Positions 50,675 through 62,810 of a stretch of DNA of 64,000 bases are shown here, in pieces. This DNA comes from Macrostomum hystrix (taxonomy: Eukaryota; Animalia; Platyhelminthes), in contig CATNEN010000005.1 in assembly GCA_950097015.1 (NCBI GenBank), positions 2,480,001-2,544,000 on the forward strand, given 5' to 3'. The notes under the pieces were generated by a model. The model made no database searches and was not told the DNA's origin. It worked only from the letters and a program-made list of their open reading frames with translations. A program made the position numbers and the translations under genes. Numbering within the stretch: position 1 is the stretch's first letter; each line of letters opens with the position of its first letter.

Positions 50675-53600
50675 ATGACACAACATGAAACCACACCACA
50701 GGCTACGCTGGAAGATGCTCAACTTTGGAGACAATTTCATCAACTCGGAACTGAAATGGTTATCACAAAGTCTGGCAGGTGAGTGACAATTTTTCTAATT
50801 TAATCACCATTCTTTCAGATACTCAAATTGGCATCGCCAGTCTTCCAGATCCTCATTTTGGGATTGCCAATTTTCCAGATCCTCATTTTGGGATTGCCTA
50901 TCTTCCAGATCCTCATTTTGGGATTGCCTATCTTCCAGATCCTCAAATTGGAATCGCCAATCTTCCAGAGCCTCAAATTGGAATCGCCAATCTTCCAGAT
51001 CCTCAAATTGGAATCGCCAATCTTCCAGAGCCTCAAATTGGAATCGCCAATCTTCCAGAGCCTCAAATTGGAATCGCCACTCTTCCAGATCCTCGAATTG
51101 GGATCGCCAATCTTCCAGAGCCTCAAATTGGCATCGCCACTCTTCCAGATCCTCATTTTGGGATCGCCAATCTTCCAGATCCTCAAATTGGAATCGCCAA
51201 TCTTCCAGATCCTCAAATTGGAATCGCCAATCTTCCAGATCCTCGAATTGGGATCGCCACTCTTCCAGATCCTCATTTTGGGATCGCCAATCTTCCAGAT
51301 CCTCAAATTGGAATCGCCAATCTTCCAGATCCTCATTTTGGAATCGCCAATCTTCCAGATCCTCGAATTGGGATCGCCAATCTTCCAGAGCCTCAAATTG
51401 GCATCGCCAATCTTCCAGATCCTCATTTTGGGATCGCCATGCAATCTTCCAGATCCTCAAATTGGAATCGCCAATCTTCCAGATCCTCGAATTGGGATCG
51501 CCAATCTTCCAGATCCTCATTTTGGGATCGCCAATCTTCCAGATCCTCAAATTGGAATCGCCAATCTTCCAGATCCTCAAATTGGAATCGCCAATCTTCC
51601 AGATCCTCGAATTGGGATCGCCAGTCTTCCAGATCCTCAAATTGGAATCGCCAATCTTCCAGATCCTCGAATTGGAATCGCCAGTCTTCCAGAGCCTCAA
51701 ATTGGCATCGCCAATCTTCCAGATCCTCATTTTGGGATCGCCATGCAATCTTCCAGATCCTCAAATTGGAATCGCCAATCTTCCAGAGCCTCAAATTGGA
51801 ATCGCCAATCTTCCAGAGCCTCAAATTGGAATCGCCAATCTTCCAGAGCCTCAAATTGGAATCGCCAATCTTCCAGATCCTCGAATTGGGATCGCCAATC
51901 TTCCAGAGCCTCAAATTGGAATCGCCAATCTTCCAGAGCCTCAAATTGGAATCGCCAATCTTCCAGATCCTCAAATTGGCATCGCCAATCTTCCAGATCC
52001 TCATTTTGGGATCGCCTATATTGCAGATCCTCAAATTAGGATCGCTAATCTTCCAGATCCTCATTTTGGGATCGCCAATCTTCCAGATCCTCAAATTGGA
52101 ATCGCCAATCTTCCAGAGCCTCAAATTGGAATCGCCAATCTTCCAGAGCCTCAAATTGGAATCGCCAATCTTCCAGATCCTCAAATTGGCATCGCCAATC
52201 TTCCAGATCCTCATTTTGGGATCGCCTATATTGCAGATCCTCAAATTAGGATCGCTAATCTTCCAGATCCTCATTTTGGGATCGCCAATCTTCCAGATCC
52301 TCAAATTGGAATCGCCAATCTTCCAGAGCCTCAAATTGGAATCGCCAATCTTCCAGAGCCTCAAATTGGAATCGCCAATCTTCCAGATCCTCAAATTGGC
52401 ATCGCCAATCTTCCAGATCCTCATTTTGGGATCGCCTATATTGCAGATCCTCAAATTAGGATCGCTAATCTTCCAGAGCCTCAAACTAAGATCGCAAATT
52501 ATTTCATATCATCCCAGATAATCATTAGTATTTTTGGTTCCCAAAAATTTGTGTACAACTATTGTCTTTGCCGCAAAAAACGTTTTTTTACCCCAGAACA
52601 GAGCTATTAGTTTGTGGGTAAAATAATTAAAGCAATTAAATTAAACAACTAATCTTTAGAAACGAAAAACTAAACTATAAATAAAATTAAGCACCTGCAG
52701 TATAGCAGCAGTTTAGCTGCTAGCAATACTTATGTATACCATTATATTACCATTATAATATGCTCTCCGCATTTCTAAAAGCCTACCAGTTTAGTTAAAA
52801 GCGGAAAATATAGTTTAAGACTCTTAAAACGAAGTCACGCAAAAACATTATCTACAGTTGAGTGAATGCGACACAATGCTAGTTGTAAAACTGACTATTT
52901 CTAATTTAGTCAAACGAATTACTCCATAAAAATCAAACATGCAAAATGAGACAACACAAAAGCCTAAATTTTGTTACAATATCGATATTACATAACCTTT
53001 ATGATCCTTGTTTTGTTTCCTAATGTTTTAACATGATACGGAATAAACTGTCTAACATGTTATAGAAAACACAGTCTAACATGTTACAGAAAACACCGTC
53101 TAACATGTTACAGAAAACACCGTCTAACATGTTACAGAAAACACAGTCTAACATGTTACAGAAAACACAGCCTAACATGTTACAGAAAACACAGCCTAAC
53201 ATGGTATAGAAAACACAGCCTAACATGTTACAGAAAACACAGCCTAACATGTTACAGAAAACACAGTCTAACATGTTACAGAACAATCTGTCTAACATGT
53301 TACAGACCAATCTAACATGTTACAGAAAACACCGTCTAACATGTTACAGAAAACACAGTCTAACATGTTACAGAAAACACAGTCTAACACATTGCAGACC
53401 AATCTGTCTAACATGTTATTCACCAATCTGTCTAACATGCTATGGACCAATCTGTCTAACATGTTACAGACCAATCTAACATTTTACAGATCAATCTGTC
53501 TAACATGTTACAGACCAATCTAACATTTTACAGATCAATCTGTCTAACATGTTACAGACCAATCTAACATTTTACAGATCAATCTGTCTAACATGTTATT

Positions 53601-56138
53601 CACCAATCTGTCTAACATGTTATTCACCAATCTGTCTAACATGTTACTGAATCTATCTAACACTAAAAACTGAAACGAAAAATTCTCGAATCCCTCAGGA
53701 GAATGTTCCCAGGATTTCGCGTTCGCCTGACCAGCCTCCAACCCGACGCCAGCTACGTCCTGGCTGTGGAAGCTCTCCCAGCTGACGGGGCGCGCTACAA
53801 GTTCCAGTCTGGCCGGTGGATCGCTTCAGGCAAAGCCGACCCGCCGCCGCCACGTCGGTTGTACATCCATCCCGACGGTCCGTCAACTGGGCAGCACTGG
53901 ATGGACAAGGTGGTCACCTTCTATAAACTGAAGCTCACCAACAATTTGACGGATAAGCAGGGATATGTGAGTGCCTGAGTTGTACTGATTGATATTTGAT
54001 AAATAGTGGGATTTAGGGATTGCTAGGATTTAAGGATAGTTTGGATTTAAGGATTGTTGGGATTTAAGGATTGTTGGGATTTAAGGGTAGTTTGGATTTA
54101 AGGATTGTTGGGATTTAAGGATTGTTGGGATTTAAGGATTGTTGGGATTTAAGGGTAGTTTGGATTTAAGGGTAGTTTGGATTCAAGGATTGTAGGGATT
54201 TAAGGATAGTTTGGATTTAAGGATTGTTGGGATTTAAGGATAGTAGGTATTTTGGGATTGCTGGGATTTAAAGACTGTTGGGATTTAAGGATTGTAGGGA
54301 TTTAAGGATTCTTGGGATTTAGGGATTGTAGGGATTTAAGGATTGTTGGGATTTAGGGATTGTAGGGATTTAAGGATTGTTGGGATTTAGGGATTGTAGG
54401 GATTTAAGCATTGTTGGGATTTAAGGATAGTTTGGATTCAAGGATTGTAGGGATTTAAGGATTGCTAGTATTTAAGGATTGTAGGGATTTAGGGATTGTA
54501 GGGATTTAGGGATTGTAGGGATTGAAAGATTGTAGGGATTTAGGGATTTTTGAGATCTAGGGATTGCTAGGATTTAGGGATTGTAGGGATTTAAAGACTG
54601 TTGGGATTTAAGGATTGCTGGGATTTAAGGGTTGTTAGGACTTAAGATTATATGGAAGATTATAATGGTTTAAAGGCTACAAAGATTCCAGATTTCCTAT
54701 TCGTTAAAAATCTATAAATCATATTTCTTAAAAAAAATATGATTCTTCGATTGCATAGTTTCTCAAATGATGCATTAACAACCGCAGGCCGTGCTTAACA
54801 GCATGCACAAATATGTGCTCAACTTCTACATTGCTCAAGCTGAACATGTTAGCCAGCTGGCCAATAGTCGATTTCACACCTACCAGTTTACCGAAACAAC
54901 GTTTATCGCCGTCACAGCCTACCAAAATGAAAAGGTTTGTTACGCATTAATTCAATATAGCAGCTAAAGTTAATTTATTTGCTGCTAACAAGGACCACTA
55001 GAAGAAGAAGGATGGGACACTTCGTTTCTTGGAAACATTATAAAAGGCTGTTCCTATGTAGTCAGTGCATTTTCAGTGAAAATCTGCTTTTAATACATTT
55101 TCCAAGAAACTAAGAGCCCCATCCTTCTTCATCTAGTGGTCTTTGGCTGTTACATGTGCATTTACTTAGATAACTAAAGGCAAATAAATTCTTAAACGCA
55201 GATCACAGAGCTGAAGATTAAACACAATCCGTTTGCCAAAGGCTTTCGCGAAGAAGCTGCCTTGATGCGAAAAGATTGCAAACGGTGAGCATTGGCTAAT
55301 TGTGCGCCAATTCAAACTAATTAATTTTGAGGCGGAGGCGGCTTTGATAGCGTGAATGACTGGGGTTAATAGGCAGATCTAGGGATTGATAGCCAGATCT
55401 AGGGGTTGATCGGCAGATCTAGGGGTTGATAGCCAGATCTAGGGGTTGATCGGCAGATCTAGGGGTTGATAGCCAGATCTAGGGGTTGATCGGCAGATCT
55501 AGGGGTTGATAGATAGGTCTAGGGGTTAATGGGCAGATGTAGGGATTGATAGGCAGATCTTGGGGTTAATAGGCAGATGTAGATGGATTGATAGGCAGAT
55601 CTAGGGATTGATAGGCAGATCTAGGGATTGATAGGCAGATCTAGGGGTTGATAGCCAGATCTAGGGGTTGATAGCCAGATCTAGGGGTTGATAGGCAGAT
55701 CTAGGGATTGATTGGCAGATCTAGGGTTTGATAGGCAGATCAAGGGATTGATAGGTAGATCTAGGGGTTGATAGGCAGATCTAGGGTTTGATAGGCAGAT
55801 CAAGGGATTGATAGGTAGATCTAGGGATTGATAGGCAGATCTAGGGGTTGATAGGCAGATCTTGGGGTTAAGAGGCAGATCTAGGGGTTAAGAGGCAGAT
55901 CTAGGGGTTGGTAGGCAGATCTAGGGGTTAATAGGTAGATCTAGGGAAAGACAAGTAGATTAACGAATGTGCTTTTTGCTGTAAATTTTTGCTGCAAGCA
56001 ATCTCTTATTTTCTAAAGAGAAGATTGAAAGCTTTATTTTCAATTTAAATTTTCAGAAGCCGTAAGCTTCAACTGGATGTTTCTACCGTTTCGATTGCTA
56101 TCGGAGACAATAATAACAGTTTGCCATGCGTAAGCACT

Positions 56139-56175
<37 letters not shown>

Positions 56176-58903
56176 CAAGTGTGTGGTCTGCCGAAGATTT
56201 TATCAGCTGTCCACCAAATTCCGCTTGCGGCTCTCTTTCGGAAGCAAATTTTCAGCTAGACAAACGATTCAGTCAGCAACAAGGTTAGTGTTGAATATTC
56301 ACTTTGTTAAGAGGGCTGTTTGCAAAGGTGCACCTTGGACTAGGAAATCGACTACTCTCTTACCGTCTCATCACTCCATTGTCTCATCTCTCCATTGTCT
56401 CATATCTCACCTGTCTCATCTCTCCATTGTCTCATCTCTCCATTGTCTCATATCTCACCTGTCTCATATCTCACATGTCTCATATCTCACATGTCTCATA
56501 TCTCACCTGTCTCATCTCTCACCTGTCTCATCTCTCACCTGTCTCATCTCTCACCTGTCTCATCTCTCACCTGTCTCATCTCTCACCTGTCTCATCTCTC
56601 ACCTGTCTCATCTCTCACCTGTCTCATCTCTCACCTGTCTTATCACTCAACTGTATTATCACTCACCTGTCTTATCTCCCACCTGTCTTATCTCTCACCT
56701 GTCTTATCACTCACCTGTCTTATCACTCACCTGTCTTATCACTCACCTGTCTTATCACTCCACCTGTCATATCTCTCACCTGTCTTATATCTCACCTGTC
56801 TCATCTCTCCCGTGTCTCATCTCTCACCTGTCTCATCTCTCACCTGTCTCATATCTCCCCTGTCTCATCTCTCACCTGTCTTATCTCTCACATGTCTCAT
56901 CTCTCACCTGTCTTATCACTCACCTGTCTTATCACTCCACCTGTCTTATCACTCACCTGTCTTATCTCTCACCTGTCTTATCACTCACCTGTCTTATCAC
57001 TCACCTGTCTTATCACTCACCTGTCTCATCTCTCACCTGTCTCATCTCTCACCTGTCTTATCACTCAACTGTATTATCACTCAACTGTATTATCACTCAC
57101 CTGTCTTATCTCCCACCTGTCTTATCACTCACCTGTCTTATCACTCACCTGTCTTATCACTCACCTGTCTTATCACTCACCTGTCTTATCACTCACCTGT
57201 CTCATCTTACGTTTTATCTTCTACCTGTCCTAATTTGTCTCTCCCATGTCTTTTTAATCGCTACATATGCCACATCTCTCAAATCCCATTTCCATCTGAC
57301 ATCCCACTGCCGTCTTTTGAATTCTCCCATTCTGTGATGCTGAATTTCATCTTGACACCCAAGCCAGGGCTGTAACCCAATCAAAGTAAAAAAAAAACTG
57401 AAGGAGAAAAAAATGCACAAGTTTATTAATTTTCACATTTGTGGCGCCGCCGTGTCTGACGACGAGTTTGTATAGTTCTCAGTTGTCACTAAATTATAGG
57501 GGCCAATTCCAGTGTGTGTTGGCAGAAACTATAGTAGATTTTCTTTGTTAAACCTTGAGCTTAGCCCTGAAAACATACCGACTGACAGTTATATACACAC
57601 ACCACACATCTGTCCAACTTTGGCGCCCCCCATATATGAAAAGACTGTGAAAAGGCCACCAAAAAATATTTTTTTTCGCTCATGGCGCCAGTTAGTCGCG
57701 ACACACAATGCCGTCGCTTCCCCATTTTTCCCTTGAAACCCTTCTCCTAGAAGAACTGCAGCCCTTAATTGTGTGCGTGCTATAGTGGAAAAACAGTTAG
57801 GGTTATAAATCCCACCATTGACTGACTCGTAATGCCTCGTTGCTTATAAGTTAAGAGGACTATCTAATCTATAACACGAATTTTTATATTCGAATATTAT
57901 AGTTGCTAGGGCGTTTTGATGATACACTTCGCAATATTCCATTCATTTCTAATTTATACAGTACTCGTAGATGAGGATTGTTTAAGGCATCAATGAACGG
58001 CGGCATAATCGCACCCATAAATTATCTAGAATTGTTGTTTAACTGATTTTAAGCGCGTCTTGACTATATTCTCTTTCGACACAGTCAAGTCAAGTGGAGT
58101 TTCGACAGGTGTGGCTTTGTTTGCAAGAATAAACAGCCATGCAACGACCTTATCTAGCGGATAAGTTTTGGGATTGAAAAATAGATTCTTTTGGTATGAT
58201 AATAAAGGACGTGGCAGTTTTTTTACGGAAACCACATTTTCAACATCCCATAAAATGCTTCGATCTAGACGAACTGCTAGGCATGAATATGAAGCTGTTA
58301 GATACGAAAATGAAGCTGTTAGACACGAATCAGATGCTGTTAGACACGAAAAAGAAGCTGTTAGACACGAATCAGAAGCTGTTAGACACGAATATGAAGC
58401 TGTTAGACACGAAAAAGAAGCTGTTAGACACGAATATGAAGCTGTTAGACACAAATCAGAAGCTGTTAGACACGAATATGAAGCTGTTAGACATGAATAA
58501 TAAGCTGTTAGACATGAATCAGAAGCTGTTAGACACGAATATGAAGCTGTTAGACACGAATCAGAAGCTGTTAGACACGAATATGAAGCTGTTAGACACG
58601 AATATGAAGCTGTTAGACACGATGCTTAAACTGACAAAAATATTTAAACTGTTCGACAAGCAATCCTAACTAACTAACCAAAAAACTTTTGCAGTCTCAT
58701 CCGAACCCGTGCTGAAACGTTCTCGACAACCAACTCTGTCCGAGTACTTCGAGCAGGCAGCAGCAGCAGCAGCAGCGGCGGCGGCATCATATCACTATAT
58801 GCCGTCTAATTTCCAGGAAACGGCAGATAGCTCTACCCTAACCAAATCAGCAGCTGTGGCAGTCTATTTAAATAGTATGCATCTGATGCTAATGTCGGCT
58901 TAT

Positions 58904-58950
<47 letters not shown>

Positions 58951-59011
58951 GCTACCAGTAAGGCAGCCGAAGCGAATGGGTTTCCTAATTGATGAGATCA
59001 TGTCTAGCTGA
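50675..59011 (+). CDS. Tbx2/3: T-box transcription factor, Tbx2/3 (omb) subfamily, about 381 aa; exons 50675-50778, 53699-53966, 54788-54934, 55202-55284, 56057-56283, 58695-59011
   Basis: [17 protein letters not shown]|RMFP, KADP, YIHPD, KLKLTNN..DK.GY|[20 protein letters not shown]|[16 protein letters not shown]. Intron positions fit Tbx2/3. Start ATG is less certain; there is an in-frame TAG at 50669. Confidence 0.92.
50815..52490. repeat. 30-bp minisatellite GATCCTCAAATTGGAATCGCCAATCTTCCA with higher-order blocks, in Tbx intron 1
   Basis: Period 30; variant ATCGCCTATA at 52011, 52221, 52431. Confidence 0.97.
53045..53660. repeat. ~24-bp minisatellite TCTAACATGTTACAGAAAACACAG, in Tbx intron 1
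   Basis: Direct reading. Confidence 0.93.
54005..54640. repeat. 17-bp minisatellite GGGATTTAAGGATTGTT, in Tbx intron 2
   Basis: Period 17. Confidence 0.94.
54989..55145. mobile_element. 157-bp MITE, probably P-superfamily, in Tbx intron 3
   Basis: About 47-bp imperfect TIRs (5 mismatches) starting CAA(G/A)GACCACTAGA; flanks GCTGCTAA / GCTGTTAC (6 of 8 match, decayed 8-bp TSD). Confidence 0.75.
55345..55945. repeat. 20-bp minisatellite GATCTAGGGGTTGATAGGCA, in Tbx intron 4
   Basis: Period 20. Confidence 0.95.
56365..57205. repeat. 14-bp minisatellite TCTCACCTGTCT(C/T)A, in Tbx intron 5
   Basis: Period 14. Confidence 0.95.
58270..58622. repeat. 21-bp minisatellite GAAGCTGTTAGACACGAATAT, in Tbx intron 5
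   Basis: Period 21. Confidence 0.95.
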
Positions 59012-60314
59012 ATAAAAAAAACTATTAACCTTTAAATTATGTATCCATGTGCGATCAATTTGTTGTCTGTCTTTCTAAAATTAGCTCCCTCTAGTATAAA
59101 GTCTTTGCTGACCAATAATTAGAAAGACATTAAATAAAAAATTCGGTTTGGACAATTTTAATCAACCACTTTTATTACAAGTAAAAATTAATGCAACTAT
59201 TGTATTTTAAGAGTCAATTGTGGAAAGAATTCGGCTTTTGAAATTTTCATTTATCGCAATTTAGAAATGTTGTTAATATAGTTATTGTTATTGTTGGTAA
59301 AATATGGCAGAAGCTATTAGAAAATCATTTTAGAAGTCTCCATTATTAAATTACCATTAAATTTACTCATCTAAAATAAAAGGCTGAGATTGTGAGTCAA
59401 TTTATAAGTAAGGAAAACGTTAATTGTACATATTTATATATAGTTTTTTCTTAGCCTTGATGGTGATGTGATCAGTTTATTTCTAAAAACAAATTCCGAT
59501 TTGTAGTTTTGTGTAATTATTTTTCATTATCTTGTTGCGAGAACTTGAAAGTACTTATCCATTAATTTTAAACATATACACTTGTTTAAATGAATGACAG
59601 GAACAATATATCGACATCTTCATTGACGCCAAATACGTCGAAGAGAGTTAATCTTATCGTAAAAAATTATATTTAACTTTTTATTACTTTTAAATATCGT
59701 CCAGTTTACGAGCGCGCGCTGACAATTTTGAATTCGCATTTAGGATACTCAGTATTTTTAATTTCAGAATTAGTCAGCGATGCCAGGATCAGAAAAAATA
59801 TGGTCTAGGATCTTATTTGACAAGCGTATTATTTACAATTGGGTTTTTTTCAAATATTCAAGACAGTAATTGCTTTGAAAGCTATTATAGGACTTTATAT
59901 TTATTTCAGTGATAGTGGAAATTTATATTTATCGACTCAAAGAGTTGATTGTTAGGATTTTCTGGCCCTTAAAATTTGACGTAACATTTTAATTATTTGG
60001 AATTTGGCTACTTCGATGATTTAAGAAACTGCAACATACACTTTAAAACTCGACTTTAAAACTTTAAAGGGTCGGAAAGGGGCTTAAAATTTCGCAAATA
60101 TTTTTATTAGCATCTTAGCATTTTTTACAAAATTGTTTTTTCTTCTACAGACTACTTAAAATAGTAGAAAACGAATGCTTATATGTTTCTGGATAGGTGT
60201 GTGGGTTGGTTGGTGACTGATATTAAAAACAATTATTGGTGAGAGAATCTAATGATTGGGATAGAGAATTCTGTGGGTTGGGATAGAGAATCTTGTGGGT
60301 TCGGACAGAAAGTC

Positions 60315-60985
60315 AATGAATGAGATTCTCAATGGGTGAGATTCTTAATGGGTGAGATTCTAAATTGGGTGAGATTCTCGATGGGTGAGATTCTAAATGG
60401 GTGAGATTTTAAATGGATGAGATTCTCGATGGGTGAGATTTTAAATGGGTGAGATTCTAAATGGGTGAGATTCTAAATGGGTGCGATTCTAAATGGGTGA
60501 GATTCTAAATGGGTGAGATTCTAAATGGGTGCGATTCTAAATGGGTGAGATTCTCGATGGGTGAGATTCTAAATGGGTGCGATTCTAAATGGGTGAGATT
60601 CTAAATGGGTGCGATTCTAAATGGGTGCGATTCTAAATGGGTGAGATTCTAAATGGGTGAGATTCTAAATGGGTGCGATTCTAAATGGGTGAGATTCTAA
60701 ATGGGTGAGATTCTAAATGGGTGCGATTCTAAATGGGTGAGATTCTAAATGTGTGCGATTCTAAATGGGTGAGATTCTAAATGGGTGCGATTCTAAATGG
60801 GTGCGATTCTAAATGGGTGAGATTCTAAATGGGTGAGATTCTAAATGGGTGAGATTCTAAATGGGTGAGATTCTAAATGGGTGAGATTCTAAATGGGTGA
60901 GATTCTAAATGGGTGAGATTCTAAATGGGTGCGATTCTAAATGGATGAGATTCCTAATGAATGAGATTATCAATGGGTGAGATTC
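60315..60985. repeat. 16-bp minisatellite AAATGGGTG(A/C)GATTCT
   Basis: Period 16. Confidence 0.95.
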
Positions 60986-61490
60986 TCTGAATGTTAATGT
61001 TAATGTTAATGTTACTCGTAATTTCTTGGTTTGCGGAGGAGTTAAAGCCGGTAAAATTTTTCTAAGGGGTAATAAATAAAGAATTGTGAGATTAAAATCC
61101 TTATCTCGTTGACATCGAAAGCGATTAGGTGAAATCGCTAGCCATAATTTTATTAAAAGAAGGTGTCGTTTCACATAATCCACAAATCCAGAAAATTAGT
61201 TTTTTTCTCCCACCATTGCCGGTCTATACTTATTACGCCTACAAATTTTATTTCGATTTGTGGATAGATCCACTTTGAAATCTCTTTTCTGACCAAGATA
61301 AATGTATTACTCGTAGATCTCTTAAGAGGCATAAGGTGCCCTCTTGTGGCGTTAAAGAAGTTAAACGACTTTCCATGAATACTTTATAAGCCAAAATTAT
61401 TCTGCAACTGCTAATAAATAACTGTTACATAACAGTTTCTCCTATTATATAGGAGTGCAACCTGTTAGATAGTAGAGTTACCTGTTGCAG

Positions 61491-62810
61491 TTTCACCAAT
61501 CACTACAATCGAAAAGAAAAAATGTTTGCCCAGCTGAAAATCTCGTCTTGCCCGATTTTTCTACTGTGAGTCTGCGGCGCGGATTCAGCATGAGTTTGCA
61601 CTTTAAAAACCTCTCACCCCAGTGTCTCATCCTCCCTGCCTTCCTCTCACCCCAGTGTCTCATCCTCCCTCCCTTCCTCTCACCCCAGTGTCTCATCCTC
61701 CCTGCCTCTCACCCCAGTGTCTCATCCTCCCTGCCTCTCACCCCAGTGTCTCATCCTCCCTCCCTTCCTCTCACCCCAGTGTCTCATCCTCCCTGCCTCT
61801 CACCCCAGTGTCTCATCCTCCCTGCCTCTCACCCCAGTGTCTCATCCTCCCTGCCTCTCACCCCAGTGTCTCATCCTCCCTGCCTCTCACCCCAGTGTCT
61901 CATCCTCCCTCCCTCCCTCTCACCCCAGTGTCTCATCCTCCCTCCCTCCCTCTCACCCCAGTGTCTCATCCTCCCTCCCTCCCTCTCACCCCAGTGTCTC
62001 ATCCTCCCTCCCTCCCTCTCACCCCAGTGTCTCATCCTCCCTCCCTCTCACCCCAGTGTCTCATCCTCCCTCCCTCCCTCTCACCCCAGTGTCTCATCCT
62101 CCCTCCCTCCCTCTCACCCCAGTGTCTCATCCTCCCTCCCTCCCTCTCACCCCAGTGTCTCATTTTCACTCTCATTTTCTCTCACTGGCAGTTGTTAGTA
62201 ACACTTAGAGGACACTTTTAAAGTGCAGGCCCGCTGGTCACGCCAACCTGGCGTGATTCCTAAGCCAGCTAAGTGCATGAATGACAGGTGCAGAGAAACT
62301 TAAAAAAGAAGCTTTTGTTGGAATATTTATTTATAAATTCAGAAAGCCTGCCTAATTATTTTTATTAAAAAATAGAAATGCAGATTTTGCTGCACAGAAT
62401 CGGGCCACATTATATCTCGAATTGATTGAACCCTGTCAGATTGTGGAGAAAGATATTTTTGTTTTAAAGCTGGCAGCTATTTTGCTGAATTTATAAGAGC
62501 TTTTTCTGTCCACAAAATACTATTTCCCTTTTCGACATTTGTTGTTCGAATTAGAAGACTGTATTTCCTTGTCGTTGTCTCGCAGTTGTTCATAATTTGC
62601 TGTCAGATTTTTTGTTATAAAAATTAAAACATCTGTTGTTTTAATGTATGTTTTTTGCATTATTAAATCCGTTAAACTATAGAAACAGGTGCATTTGATG
62701 CAAGTTAAACGGTAGAAAATTAATAGGTTCTCAGAAACAAATTGCAGGGCTGTCATTAAAAAACTACATTTCAGAGAGCCCGCTGTGAAAGTAGTGGATG
62801 AGCTTAAAAG
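61491..62810 (+). CDS. Possible small exons of an unidentified gene: 61491-61565, 62229-62287, 62775-~62810
   Basis: ttgcag|...|gtgagt and gtgcag|...|gtgcag are phase-consistent; no recognisable homology. Confidence 0.25.
61608..62162. repeat. 29/33-bp minisatellite CTCTCACCCCAGTGTCTCATCCTCCCTGC
   Basis: Direct reading. Confidence 0.95.

Noticed and set aside
50779-52610. Overlapping 200-580-aa ORFs with pentapeptide/LRR-like periodicity
   Set aside because: 30-bp array in Tbx intron 1; ORFs are open on both strands and several frames, and the first begins at the splice donor GT
57365-57767. Possible hAT-like MITE (AGGGCTG.A inverted pair)
   Set aside because: Only about 9 bp of inverted match and no TSD
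23829-59011. Functional cluster of developmental signalling genes (WIF, brainiac, asrij, Tbx2/3)
   Set aside because: Adjacency alone; no shared regulatory evidence, and synteny cannot be tested here
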